From Pirellulales bacterium (GTDB lineage: Bacteria > Planctomycetota > Planctomycetia > Pirellulales > JAICIG01): a stretch of 48,780 nt of DNA. The translations under genes and the position numbers were made by a program. The notes beneath the pieces were generated by a model. The model saw nothing but the letters and a program-made list of their open reading frames with translations, made no database searches and was not told the origin of the DNA. The DNA is taken from assembly GCA_035534975.1 (NCBI GenBank), contig DATLQY010000967.1, positions 1-48,780 of the forward strand. Reading direction: 5' to 3'. Shown here one piece after another: positions 1 through 9,096 of this stretch (the first letter of the stretch is position 1; the number at the start of each line of letters is the position of its first letter).

Positions 1-1188
1 CGGCGACGTTGGCCGTGCTGGTCACGGTCGCGGCGCTGCCTCCCGTGTCGCGGATGGTGACGGTGATCGACCCCGTCGATTCCTCGGCGTAGGCATGGGC
101 GCCGCTGACGGCGAAACTGCCGCCGGCCACTTGGGTGATCGTGCCGGCACTCGTGCCGCCGTCGCCCCATGCGATCGTGGCCGTGTAGTCGCCCACGGCG
201 CCGGCCGGATCGGCGTCGGTGAACATGGCCACTGGCCCACTGAACGCGGCCCCTTCGGTGGTCTCGATGGGCATGCCGCTGCCCGCGAGCGCAACGTCCG
301 CGACGCTCGCCGTGCTGGTCACGGTCACGGCGCTGCCTCCCGTGTCGCGGATGGTGACGGTGATCGACCCTTTCAATTCCACGGCGTAGGCGTGGGCGCC
401 GCTGACGGCGAAGCCGCCCCCGGCCACTTGGGTGATCGTGCCGGCACTCGTGCTGCCGTCACCCCAGGCGATCGTGGCCGTATAGTCGCCCACGGCACCG
501 GCCGGATCGGCGTCTGTGAACGTGGTCACCTGCCCGTTGAACGTAGCGCCGTCGGCGGTCTCGATGGGCGCGCCGCTACCTGTGAGCGTAGCATCGGCGA
601 CGTTGGCCGTGCTGGTCACGGTCGCGGCGCTGCCTCCCGTGTCGCGGATGGTGACGGTGATCGACCCCGTCGATTCCTCGGCGTAGGCATGGGCGCCGCT
701 GACGGCGAAACCGCCGCCGGGCACTTGGGTGATCGTGCCTGCACTCGTGCTGCCGTCGCCCCATGCGATCGTGGCCGTGTAGTCGCCCACGACGCCGGCC
801 GGATCGGCGTCTGTGAACATGGCCACCGGCCCGTTGAACGTGGCCCCTTCGGTGGTCTCGATGGGCGCGCCGCTACCTGTGAGCGTAGCATCGGCGACGT
901 TGGCCGTGCTGGTCACGGTCGCGGCGCTGCCTCCCGTATCGCGGATGGTGACGCTGATCGACCCCGTCGATTCCTCGGCGTAGGCATGGGCGCCGCTGAC
1001 GGCGAAACCGCCCCCGGCCATTTGGGTGATCGTGCCCGTGCTCGTGGCGCCGTCGCCCCATGCGATCGTGGCCGTGTAGTCGCCCACGGCGCCGGCCGGG
1101 TCGGCGTCGGTAAACGTGGCCACCGGCCCGTTGAACGCGGCGCCTTCCGTGGCGAGGATGTTCGTCGGCATCGCACTAAGCGGAGCGT
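1..1188 (-). repeat. Tandem 297-bp (99-codon) coding repeats inside the giant gene. Four units start at 1, 298, 595 and 892. The array continues past the left edge, and a more diverged unit lies at ~1189-1485.
   Basis: The string cggcgacgttggccgtgctggtcacggtcgcggcgctgcctcccgt recurs at 1, 595 and 892, with a variant at 298, spaced exactly 297 nt apart. The off-frame track ORFs 22..294, 616..891 and 913..1233 give nearly identical peptides, which reflects the same periodicity. Confidence 0.9.
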
Positions 1189-4100
1189 CGGCAATGTGCG
1201 CGGCGCCCTGGATGAAGGCCGCGGCGCTGTCACCTTGCACCAGCACCGTCAGTGGCAGCGAGCTTGTTTCCTCGCCGTAGGTATGCGTGCCGGTGACGGT
1301 GAAACCGGCGGCGGCCGTTCCACTTACCGAGCCGGTGGTTGTCGAACCGTCTCCCCACTGGATCGTGGCGCTGAAGTCGGCGGGCGCGGCGCTGGGCCCC
1401 GGGGCGGCGAACGTGCCGACAATCGCGCTCAACGCCGCACCCTCGATGGCGCTCAGCGTCGCGGCGCCGCCCGCGAGTTCCAGCAGCTCGAAAGCGCCGA
1501 TGTCGATCGTCGGGTCAGACGCGGTGATCCGCACGATGCCGCGTTGGTCGGTCGCGGGCGGCGTGAAGGGCGCCGGTGGCGAATCGTCGCCAGTATCGAT
1601 GGCGGGGCTGCCGGGCAACAGCGCCATCGTCTGGGTCGGGCCGCCATTGTTGCCGAGCGAGCCGAGTCTTGGATCGATCGCGACGGTGGTGCCCACCTGG
1701 TCCCCGTGGATTGTTGCGCCCGATGCCGTGAACCCCGTGGCGTCGCCCACAATGCCGATCAGGTCGTGGTCCGTCGTGGTGTAGCCGCCGCCGTACACGT
1801 CGGGATCCCAGGCGCTGGCGTTGACCGCAACGATCGTGTTCACGACGCTCGCGGCGCCGGCCTTGGTGTTGTAGATCCCTCCGCCGGCGCCGTGGGACGA
1901 CGTCGTGTTGCCTGCGATCGTGCTGTCGAGCACCGTCAGCGTGGCGTCGTTATAAATGCCCCCTCCCGAGTTGTCGCCGAAGTTACCGGCCAGAGTGCTT
2001 GAGATCACGGTCGTGGCGCCGTACGAGTTGAAGATCGCGCCGCCGCTGCCATAGGACGAGGTGACGTTGCCCGACAGGGTGCTGTCGGTAACCGTCAAGG
2101 TGGTTACGGCCCCGACGCTGCAGATGGCGGCCCCAAGGTACGCGGAGTTGCCGGCGAGCGTGCTGTTAGCGACGCTCAAACCGGCGAAATTGAAGATCCC
2201 ACCGCCGTCGTACTTAGCGGAGTTGCCCGACAGCGTGCAGTTGGTCACGGCCAAGGTCGCGTCGTTATTAATGGCGCCACCCGCGTAGGCCGCGGAATTG
2301 CCGGTCAAAAGCATGGCGTCGAGCGTCAAGCTCCCCTTGTTCTCGATGGCGCCGCCGCTTTGGGCGGCTTCCGACGAGCCATTGGCGGTGCCGCCCGTAA
2401 GCGTCAAACCCGACATCGCCGCGACCACCGCGGCGCCGTCGGTGTTCGCGCTGTCGACCTGAAACAGCCGCGCGCCGCCGCCGGTGGTCTGGTCGATCGT
2501 GAGCATGCTCGGGCCAGGCCCCTGGATCGACATGCTCTCGTCGATCTCGATCTCGCCGAACGTCAGTTCGATCGGGCTTGTAACCTTGGTCATGTCGAAG
2601 CCGATCGTGAGGTTGGGCCGCAGGGTGGCGTTGAGATATTCAATTGCCGAGCGGAGCGAGACGTTGCCGTTGGCGTCGTCCGGGGAGCTCGACGCGTCGG
2701 CGGCGTGCGTGTCGGCCGATGTGTTGACGATGAGGATTGCCGAACCGGCGACGACATTTGCCACGCTGGTCACGCTGGTCACGCTGCCGCCTGCGTCGTG
2801 GATGGCGACGATGATCGAATTCGCGCCTTGGTCCGCGTAGGCGTGGGCGCCGCTGACTGCGAAGCCCCCGCCGGCGGCCGTGGTAATCGTACCGGCGGCC
2901 GTGGTGCCGTCGCCCCAGTCGATCGTGGCCGTATAATCGGCGATTGCTCCGGCCGGGTCGGCGTCGGTGAAGGTCGCCACCGTGCCGCTGAATTTGGCGC
3001 CCGCAGTGGGCGTGATCGTGAGGCTTGTGCCACTGAGGGAAGCATCGCCAATGCTTGCCGTACTGGTCACGGATACTGAGCTGCCGCCCGCGTCGCTGAT
3101 CGTCACCGTGATTGAGGTCGTCGCTTCTTCCGCGAAGGCGTGGGCGCCTATCACGGCGAAGCCCCCGCCGGCCGTCGCGCTGATTGTGCCGGCGGTCGTG
3201 GCGCCGTCGCCCCAGGCGACCGTGGCCGTATAGTCGCCGGCCGTGCCGCCCGGATCGGCGTCGGTGAACGTGGCCAGCGTGCCGCCCAACGTGACGCCTT
3301 CGGTGCCGGCGACGGTCAGGCCGGTGCCCCCGAGCGGAGCGTCGGCGATGTTCGCCATGCTGGTCACGGTCCCGGAACTGCCCCCCGCGTCGCTGATCGT
3401 CACGGTGATTGAGGGCGTCGCTTCTTCCGCGAAGGCGTGGGCGCCTATCACGGCGAAGCCCCCGCCGGCCACGGTGGTGATCGTGCCGGAGCTCGTGGTG
3501 CCGTCGCCCCAGGCGATCGTGGCCGTGTAGTCGCCGGCCGTGCCGCCCGCATCGGCGTCAGTGAACGCGGCCACGGCGCCGCTGACAGTGGCGTCTTCCG
3601 CAGCGGTCATGGTGAAGCCGCCCGTCGCGCTCAGCGCGGCGTCGGCGACGTACGCCGAGCCGTGGATCTCGGCGGTTTCGCCGTCGCCTTGCACCACGAC
3701 CGTGAGCGCCAACGAGCCGGATTCCTCGGCGTAGGTGTGCGTTCCCACAACCGTAAAACCCGTGGCGGCCGTTCCACTTACGGAGCCGGCGGTTGTCGAA
3801 CCGTCTCCCCATTCGATCGTGGCGCTGAAGTCGCCGGCCGCGGCGGCGGGCCCTGGGGCGGCGAACGTGGCCACGGTTGTCCCGGTCAGCGCCGCGCCCT
3901 CCGTCGCGCTCAGCGCGACCGCGCCGCCGGCGGCTTGGAGCAACTCGAAGGCGCCGATGTCGATCGTCGGGTCGGACGCGGTGATCCGCACGACGCCGCG
4001 CTGGTCGGCGGCCGGCGCGCTGAACGGCGCCGGTGGGGAATTGCCGCCCGCATCGATCGCCGGGCTGCCGGGCAACAGGGCCATCGTTTGCGTCGGACCG

Positions 4101-7100
4101 CCATTGCTCGCCAGCGGCCCCAGTTTCGGGTCAATCGCCGTCGCCGTGCCGAGGATGTTGGCGTTGATCGCGGCCCCGGAGCTGTCCGTAAAACCGGTGG
4201 CGTCGCCGACCAGGCCAATTAGATTATGATCCGTGTTGCCGTAGTCGCCGCTGACATCAGGATCGCTTGCAACGTTGGCGGCGGTATTGCCGGCGACGAT
4301 CGTGTTGGCGATATTTGCCTTGACGACGGTCCCTGAGCTGGCGATACCGCCGCCGACGCCGGCCGCGGAATTGCCCGATAGTGTGCTGCTGGTCACTGTC
4401 ACAGTTCCGCCGTTGTCAATGCCGCCGCCGTCGCCGCCGGCAGTGTTGCCCGACAGCGTGCTATTGGTCAGTCCCAGGCTACCGAGGTTTCGGATCGCGC
4501 CGCCGCCGGCGTGCCCCGCGGAATTGGCCGAGAGGGTGCTCGCGGTTACGGTCAGGGTGCCGCTGTTGTAAATGCCGCCGCCCGTGAAATAGCCCGAGTT
4601 AGCCGTGAGCGTGCAGGCGGTAACGGCCAAGGTCGCGCCGTTGTCGTTGTAGATGGCGCCACCGTCGCCCTGAGGCGATGTGAAGTTGCTCGACAGCGTG
4701 CTGTTGCTCACGGCGGCCGTGGCCTGCGAGATATAAAGCGCTCCACCGTAGTTTTGCGACGAATTGCCTGAAAACGTGCTGTCCGACACGCTCACCGGGC
4801 CAAACTGAGTGTAGACGGCACCGCCGTACGCCGTGGCGGCATTGTTCGAGAAGAGACTGCCGCCAACGCTCACCGTCCCCGCGTTCGACGATGCGCCGTT
4901 GTTGCAAATGCCGCCGCCTTCCCAGGCGGTATTGCCCGACAGCGTGCTGTTGGTCACGCTGAGTGCCGAATCGCTGTAGATACCGCCGCCGTACGTGGCG
5001 CTGCTGTTCGCCACCAGCAGGCCATCGAGGGTCAGGCCGCCGCTGTTTTCAATCGCGCCCCCCGCGTCTTGCGGCACGATGCCCGGGCCGGCGGTGCCGC
5101 CGGCGCTCCCGCCGCTGAGCGTGAGGCCCGAGATTGTCGCGACGATGCCGTTATGGTTCGGGTCTGCGGCATCGACCTGAAACAACCTCGCGCCGCCGGA
5201 GGTGGTCTGGTCGACGGAGAGCAGGCCGGCACCGGGCCCCGCAATGGTCATGCTCTCAGCGATTTCGATCTGGCCGAGCGTGAGGTCGATCGGGTTCGCG
5301 ACTTTGGTCATGTCGAAGGCAATGCTATAGCCGGCCTGCTGCGCGGCGTTGACGTATTCCACGGCCGAACGGAGCGAGATGTTGCCATTGGGGTCGAGCG
5401 GCGACGTCGAGCGGCTGGCGGCATCGGTGTCGGCCGACGTGTTGACGATCAGATCGGGGCGGAGCGTTTCGATGCCGTCGAACGCAACCCGTTGATAACC
5501 GCTCACGGTCCAGGTGCCGTAATCGCCCGTGTTCGGGTCGAACGTATCGGAGAGCGTCGCTCCCCAGGGCACGACGAGCGTGTCGCCGGGCGAGGTGGGC
5601 GGGTTGGGAAGCCCGCCATGCACGGTGACTGCGGCGGCCGCAGAGGGGACGACGTTGAAGGTGTCGGGGCCGCTGCCGCCCTGAAGAGTGACGCCGCTCA
5701 AGCCATTGCCGGCAACCGGCGTGGTATCGACGTCGGCGAGCGTGAGCGAGTTGCCGTTGGCATTGTCGCCGCGCAGGGCCAAGCCGTTGTAGCCGTCGAA
5801 GCGCAGATTCTGGAAACCGCCGTTGCCGACGATTTGCGAGACGCCGTCGGTTGAGCTGCCGCTGTCGGCCGCGGTCAGACGTGTAGCGGCGGGGTCGGCT
5901 GCGTCGTCGGCGGTGAGGTTGCCGCCAGCCCCGTTCAAGAGCATGCTGGTGACGCCGGTGAACGAGAGGGTGAAAGCGCCGGCCACGTTGACCACGCCGC
6001 TGTGACCCGGCTGGCCGGCGCTCAAATTATCGTCGAAGTAGGCGGCGTCATGCGGTTGGGTGAAGTCGAAGACCAGATTGCCGCCGGCGTCGGCGTCGAA
6101 GTTGATCCCGTTGGTTTGGGGAACCAGTCCGCTGGCGCCCAGCGCGGCGTTGGGGTGTGCCGCCGCATTGCCCGCAAACTGCGGCAAGCCGCCGTTGGGG
6201 CCCTCTTGAATCCTGAGCTGGTCCGCCGCCGAGCCACCTACATAGTCGAGCCAGGTTGTCGTGGGAAAGGCCACCAGTGTGCCGTTGCCGAGCTGGTAGA
6301 TGTTCGTGGGACCGCCGCCATAAACCGTCACGTCGCTGGCGAAATCGCCCGCCGTGCTAAACGTGATTCCGTTGACGTCGGTAAGGCTCACATGGTCGAA
6401 GCCGCGAAAATCGACCGGCTGCATGGCCTGCGCGGTGAAGCTGGTGGGCGTGGCGGCCACGGACAACGATTGGGCGTCGAACACCAGCAGGTCGCCTTGC
6501 ACGCCGTTTGGGTTGTCGGTGTCGACGCTGATTTGAGCGTAGGGCGACGGCGCGACGTCGAAGGTGTCGTTCGTGCTGCCTGCCACGACACTGATCTGCG
6601 TCAGCTCGGCAGCCTGCTCATCGAGCACCGGCGCGCCGTTCACGGTGACGACGGTATTGGCTGGCGTGGCGCCGATCAGTTGATCGGGTGACAAGGCGAC
6701 GTTGGAAAGGCGGACCTCATCGATCAGGCCGTGGAAATACTCGTTGTCGGTCCACTCGGTGCTGCCGATGCCCAGGCCCGGAACGTCGGCGGCATTGAGT
6801 GGGCCGAAGGGGCGGATCGAGGTTGCGGTCGAAGCGCGCTCGACGCCGTCGATGTAAAGCCGCATTGTGCCGGTGCCGTCGTCCAGCGTGCCGGCCACGT
6901 GGACCCATTGGTTGAAGCCGGGCAGCGGGGCGAGAAGCGCGGCCTGGTTGTTCTGGGCGTCGTCGATCGCGAAGGCCACCTGGGGACCGCTGCCGAAGTT
7001 ATCGACCGCCAGCCGGTAGGGATCGAAACCCACGCGGTTGTCGCCGCGGAAGAGAATGTCTTGCGTCGACGGCACGGGCGCGGCGGTCACGTAGATGAAG

Positions 7101-8227
7101 GCCTCGATGGTGAGGCTGTGCGTCAGTTGAAAGAGGGGGTTGTCGGGGATGAAGACGCGCTGGTTGCCGCCGTTGAACTGCATCGAGAGCTTGTCGGCCT
7201 GTCCCGTCTGTGGCAGGCCACTGAGGGGAACGTTCGCTGAGTAGACAGGGCCGTTGATGGCCGTGCCGTTGAGCGCATTGGCGGACGAATCGATCACGGT
7301 ATTGCTGCCGGTTGCGGGCTGCCCGGCGGCGCCCTCTTCAAACCGCCAGTCGGCCACCACGGCGCCGGGCGGCGGGGGTGTGGAGGGGCCAATGGTAACC
7401 GTGTTGCTCGTCGTCGAGCCGTAGCTTGCCACGTGGATGGTCGGGCTTGGATCGAAGGCCAGTACGAGCCCCGCGGCGGAGTAGTCGGCCTGAAACGCGT
7501 AGAGGTCGCCGTAGTCGTGCAAGAACGCGTCATCGCCCTGGTTGATGGCCACGCCGTTGACCTCGACGGGCCCGGCCAGCGCGCCCCCGCCGCTGATCAG
7601 CGTCACCTGGCTGCCGACCAAGGGAGCATAGCCGAGCGTGGCGTCGAAATTTGTTCCGGCCGCGGTGAGCTTTCCCACGTTCTCGATCGCCGCGGCGTTC
7701 GACGGTCCGACGAGGCCGGCGTTGAGCGTTAAAGCCGAGATCGTCGCGGCGACCGGATTGTTCTTGGCATCGGCCGCGTCAATCTGAAACAGCCGCGCCA
7801 CGCCCGTCGTGATCTGGCCGATCGCCAGCGCGCTGGCGCCGGGCCCCTGGACGGTCATACTCTCGGCGATTTCAATCGGGCCCAGCGAGAGCTCGATCGG
7901 ACTGGCGACTTTCGTCATGTCGAACTCGATCGTGTAGCCCGCCTGCTGCGTGGCGTTGAGGTATTCCACGGCCGAGCGGAGCGAAACGTTGCCGTTGGCA
8001 TCGTCGGGCGAAGCCGACGCATCGGCAGCGTGCGTGTCGGCCGATGTGTTGACGATGGGCTCGAACGACATCGGCAACCGGCCGTATTCGGCCGCCGGCG
8101 CACCGCCGGACAGCAGCCGACGCGACTCGAGGAACTCCAGCGTGAGCCGGGGTGCCTTTCGGCGACCGCCGCGAAACGTTGGCGCGGCTGGGCAAAGAGC
8201 GCGTTTTGATGGACCGTGAATGCTCAT
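1..8227 (-). CDS. Giant secreted/surface repeat protein. The 3' end runs off the left edge, leaving >2,742 codons in the window. It has an LExLExRxLLS-type N-terminal motif, three CSLREA/right-handed beta-helix (choice-of-anchor-Q-like) modules, one LamG-like domain and >=9 PKD/Ig-like 99-aa repeats.
   Basis: My own minus-strand translation. ATG at 8227 has an in-frame TGA three codons upstream (8237-8239) and GGTGAGG about 8 nt upstream. The product begins MSIHGPSKRAL..RLTLEFLESRRLLSGG..IVNTSADTHAADASASPDDANGNVSLRSAVEYLNA. I re-checked the same frame at 6690-6770 (EYFHGLIDEVRLSNVALSPDQL, a LamG C-terminus), 5341-5460 (LIVNTSADTDAASRSTSPLDPNGNISLRSAVEYVNA), 4020-4140 (AIDPKLGPLASNGGPTQTMALLPGSPAIDAGG), 2641-2750 (IVNTSADTHAADASSSPDDANGNVSLRSAIE) and nt 2-330 (FTDADPAGAVGDYTATIAWGDGGTSAGTITQVAGGSFAVSGAHAYAEESTGSITVTIRDTGGSAATV). 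No stop occurs in the window, which explains its absence from the track. The plus-strand ORFs here are Gly/Arg/Ala-rich shadow frames. Confidence 0.85.
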   Translation of the reverse strand, partial: MSIHGPSKRALCPAAPTFRGGRRKAPRLTLEFLESRRLLSGGAPAAEYGRLPMSFEPIVNTSADTHAADASASPDDANGNVSLRSAVEYLNATQQAGYTIEFDMTKVASPIELSLGPIEIAESMTVQGPGASALAIGQITTGVARLFQIDAADAKNNPVAATISALTLNAGLVGPSNAAAIENVGKLTAAGTNFDATLGYAPLVGSQVTLISGGGALAGPVEVNGVAINQGDDAFLHDYGDLYAFQADYSAAGLVLAFDPSPTIHVASYGSTTSNTVTIGPSTPPPPGAVVADWRFEEGAAGQPATGSNTVIDSSANALNGTAINGPVYSANVPLSGLPQTGQADKLSMQFNGGNQRVFIPDNPLFQLTHSLTIEAFIYVTAAPVPSTQDILFRGDNRVGFDPYRLAVDNFGSGPQVAFAIDDAQNNQAALLAPLPGFNQWVHVAGTLDDGTGTMRLYIDGVERASTATSIRPFGPLNAADVPGLGIGSTEWTDNEYFHGLIDEVRLSNVALSPDQLIGATPANTVVTVNGAPVLDEQAAELTQISVVAGSTNDTFDVAPSPYAQISVDTDNPNGVQGDLLVFDAQSLSVAATPTSFTAQAMQPVDFRGFDHVSLTDVNGITFSTAGDFASDVTVYGGGPTNIYQLGNGTLVAFPTTTWLDYVGGSAADQLRIQEGPNGGLPQFAGNAAAHPNAALGASGLVPQTNGINFDADAGGNLVFDFTQPHDAAYFDDNLSAGQPGHSGVVNVAGAFTLSFTGVTSMLLNGAGGNLTADDAADPAATRLTAADSGSSTDGVSQIVGNGGFQNLRFDGYNGLALRGDNANGNSLTLADVDTTPVAGNGLSGVTLQGGSGPDTFNVVPSAAAAVTVHGGLPNPPTSPGDTLVVPWGATLSDTFDPNTGDYGTWTVSGYQRVAFDGIETLRPDLIVNTSADTDAASRSTSPLDPNGNISLRSAVEYVNAAQQAGYSIAFDMTKVANPIDLTLGQIEIAESMTIAGPGAGLLSVDQTTSGGARLFQVDAADPNHNGIVATISGLTLSGGSAGGTAGPGIVPQDAGGAIENSGGLTLDGLLVANSSATYGGGIYSDSALSVTNSTLSGNTAWEGGGICNNGASSNAGTVSVGGSLFSNNAATAYGGAVYTQFGPVSVSDSTFSGNSSQNYGGALYISQATAAVSNSTLSSNFTSPQGDGGAIYNDNGATLAVTACTLTANSGYFTGGGIYNSGTLTVTASTLSANSAGHAGGGAIRNLGSLGLTNSTLSGNTAGGDGGGIDNGGTVTVTSSTLSGNSAAGVGGGIASSGTVVKANIANTIVAGNTAANVASDPDVSGDYGNTDHNLIGLVGDATGFTDSSGAAINANILGTATAIDPKLGPLASNGGPTQTMALLPGSPAIDAGGNSPPAPFSAPAADQRGVVRITASDPTIDIGAFELLQAAGGAVALSATEGAALTGTTVATFAAPGPAAAAGDFSATIEWGDGSTTAGSVSGTAATGFTVVGTHTYAEESGSLALTVVVQGDGETAEIHGSAYVADAALSATGGFTMTAAEDATVSGAVAAFTDADAGGTAGDYTATIAWGDGTTSSGTITTVAGGGFAVIGAHAFAEEATPSITVTISDAGGSSGTVTSMANIADAPLGGTGLTVAGTEGVTLGGTLATFTDADPGGTAGDYTATVAWGDGATTAGTISATAGGGFAVIGAHAFAEEATTSITVTISDAGGSSVSVTSTASIGDASLSGTSLTITPTAGAKFSGTVATFTDADPAGAIADYTATIDWGDGTTAAGTITTAAGGGFAVSGAHAYADQGANSIIVAIHDAGGSVTSVTSVANVVAGSAILIVNTSADTHAADASSSPDDANGNVSLRSAIEYLNATLRPNLTIGFDMTKVTSPIELTFGEIEIDESMSIQGPGPSMLTIDQTTGGGARLFQVDSANTDGAAVVAAMSGLTLTGGTANGSSEAAQSGGAIENKGSLTLDAMLLTGNSAAYAGGAINNDATLAVTNCTLSGNSAKYDGGGIFNFAGLSVANSTLAGNSAYLGAAICSVGAVTTLTVTDSTLSGNVTSSYGSGGAIFNSYGATTVISSTLAGNFGDNSGGGIYNDATLTVLDSTIAGNTTSSHGAGGGIYNTKAGAASVVNTIVAVNASAWDPDVYGGGYTTTDHDLIGIVGDATGFTASGATIHGDQVGTTVAIDPRLGSLGNNGGPTQTMALLPGSPAIDTGDDSPPAPFTPPATDQRGIVRITASDPTIDIGAFELLELAGGAATLSAIEGAALSAIVGTFAAPGPSAAPADFSATIQWGDGSTTTGSVSGTAAAGFTVTGTHTYGEETSSLPLTVLVQGDSAAAFIQGAAHIADAPLSAMPTNILATEGAAFNGPVATFTDADPAGAVGDYTATIAWGDGATSTGTITQMAGGGFAVSGAHAYAEESTGSISVTIRDTGGSAATVTSTANVADATLTGSGAPIETTEGATFNGPVAMFTDADPAGVVGDYTATIAWGDGSTSAGTITQVPGGGFAVSGAHAYAEESTGSITVTIRDTGGSAATVTSTANVADATLTGSGAPIETADGATFNGQVTTFTDADPAGAVGDYTATIAWGDGSTSAGTITQVAGGGFAVSGAHAYAVELKGSITVTIRDTGGSAVTVTSTASVADVALAGSGMPIETTEGAAFSGPVAMFTDADPAGAVGDYTATIAWGDGGTSAGTITQVAGGSFAVSGAHAYAEESTGSITVTIRDTGGSAATVTSTANVA
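2764..3654 (-). repeat. Second tandem array of 297-bp Ig-like coding repeats. Units start at 2764, 3061 and 3358, and a diverged fourth unit lies at ~3655-3950.
   Basis: The ctggtcacgg anchor recurs at 2764, 3061 and 3358. A shared block (gtcgcttcttccgcgaaggcgtgggcgcctatcacggcgaagcccccgccggcc) occurs at ~3118 and ~3415. Each unit translates to an FTDAD..DYTAT[IV][AD]WGDG..GF AV.GAH.. unit. Confidence 0.85.
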
Positions 8228-8414
8228 GGTTTGGCCTCACCGCTGCGGATGTGGATCGCGAGCTTCTCCCTCACTTTGCGAGAATCGACCGCCCAAGGGG
8301 ACAGAAGGTGGGTGGCGCCCGTCTCTGGCTGGCAAAGCGCGCCCGCGTATGGTACTATCTCTCCAGCCGCCACGGCAAACGGCGTGTGCGTGCCATTGAC
8401 TTGGTGCCGGCTGC

Positions 8415-9032
8415 ATGGGGCCACGATCGAGCCAACCATCGAAGACGACTCTGCTGGTCGCGGCGGCCCAGGCCGGCGACGAGACGGCAACGGCCGCGCT
8501 TTTGGAACGCACCTGCGAGCGGCTGCGGCGCCTGACGCGCAAGATGCTCAACGATCACCCGCGCCTGCGCCGCTGGGAAGAGACCGACGACGTGCTCCAA
8601 GGCGCCCTGCTGCGCCTGCACCGTGCGCTGAGCCAGGCCAAGCTCGAGAGCTCGCGGCACTTTTTCAACCTTGCCGCGTTGCAGATCCGCCGCGAGCTGC
8701 TCGACCTGTCGCGCCACCACTTCGGGGCGCTCGGCCCCGGCGCCAAGCATTACAGCGACCCGCAGGGCCGCGCGGCCGACGATGCCGAAGCTCCACTTGA
8801 TCGCCTGCGCGCCTTCGAGCCGCAATCGCTGGAAAGCTGGGGCGAGTTCCACGCGGCCGTCGAAGCCCTGCCGGAGGAGGCGCGCGAGGTGTTTAACCTA
8901 GTCTGGTACGACGGGCTTTCGCAGCAGGAGGCGGCCGAGGTGCTCGGCGTCTCGGCGCGAACGGTCAAACGACGCTGGCAAGAAGCCAAGGTTGCACTCC
9001 ACCAGGCGCTCGACGGCGAAGCGCCAACCTGA
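8415..9032 (+). CDS. ECF-type RNA polymerase sigma-70 family factor
   Basis: 205-aa ORF. Region 2-like segment: ETDDVLQGALLRLHRAL. Region 4.2 HTH: LSQQEAAEVLGVSARTVKRRWQEAKVAL. The N-terminal TTLLVAAAQAGDETATAALLE is typical of the planctomycete ECF family found next to Ser/Thr kinases. It is transcribed divergently from the giant gene across a 187-bp gap. Confidence 0.9.
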   Translation: MGPRSSQPSKTTLLVAAAQAGDETATAALLERTCERLRRLTRKMLNDHPRLRRWEETDDVLQGALLRLHRALSQAKLESSRHFFNLAALQIRRELLDLSRHHFGALGPGAKHYSDPQGRAADDAEAPLDRLRAFEPQSLESWGEFHAAVEALPEEAREVFNLVWYDGLSQQEAAEVLGVSARTVKRRWQEAKVALHQALDGEAPT

Positions 9033-9096
9033 GGTCGTCCACCCAGAGTGTCCGCAGCGGTAAGGCCCCCCTTCGCACCACGACGACCTGACTGCC

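Noticed and set aside
1-3950. CRISPR-like reading of the regularly spaced repeats
   Set aside because: The period is 297 bp with no short repeat/unique spacer alternation. The units are in-frame protein-domain repeats inside one ORF.
95-7732. Long plus-strand ORFs in the track (95..2002 635 aa, 2360..3079, 3437..4222, 5069..5854, 6002..6691 and others)
   Set aside because: Their translations are monotonous Gly/Arg/Ala/Asp strings with no motifs. They lie antisense to a continuous minus-strand frame that carries clear domain signatures. They are typical high-GC shadow ORFs.
8329-8358. Sigma-70-like promoter hexamers: CTGGCA-N18-TACTAT with an upstream TG, before the first ECF gene. A similar pair, TTGTAA-N16-TATAGT, lies at 23466-23493 before the FG-GAP operon.
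   Set aside because: These are motif matches only. I do not know the promoter consensus for this lineage, and such hexamers occur by chance, so I do not report them as features.
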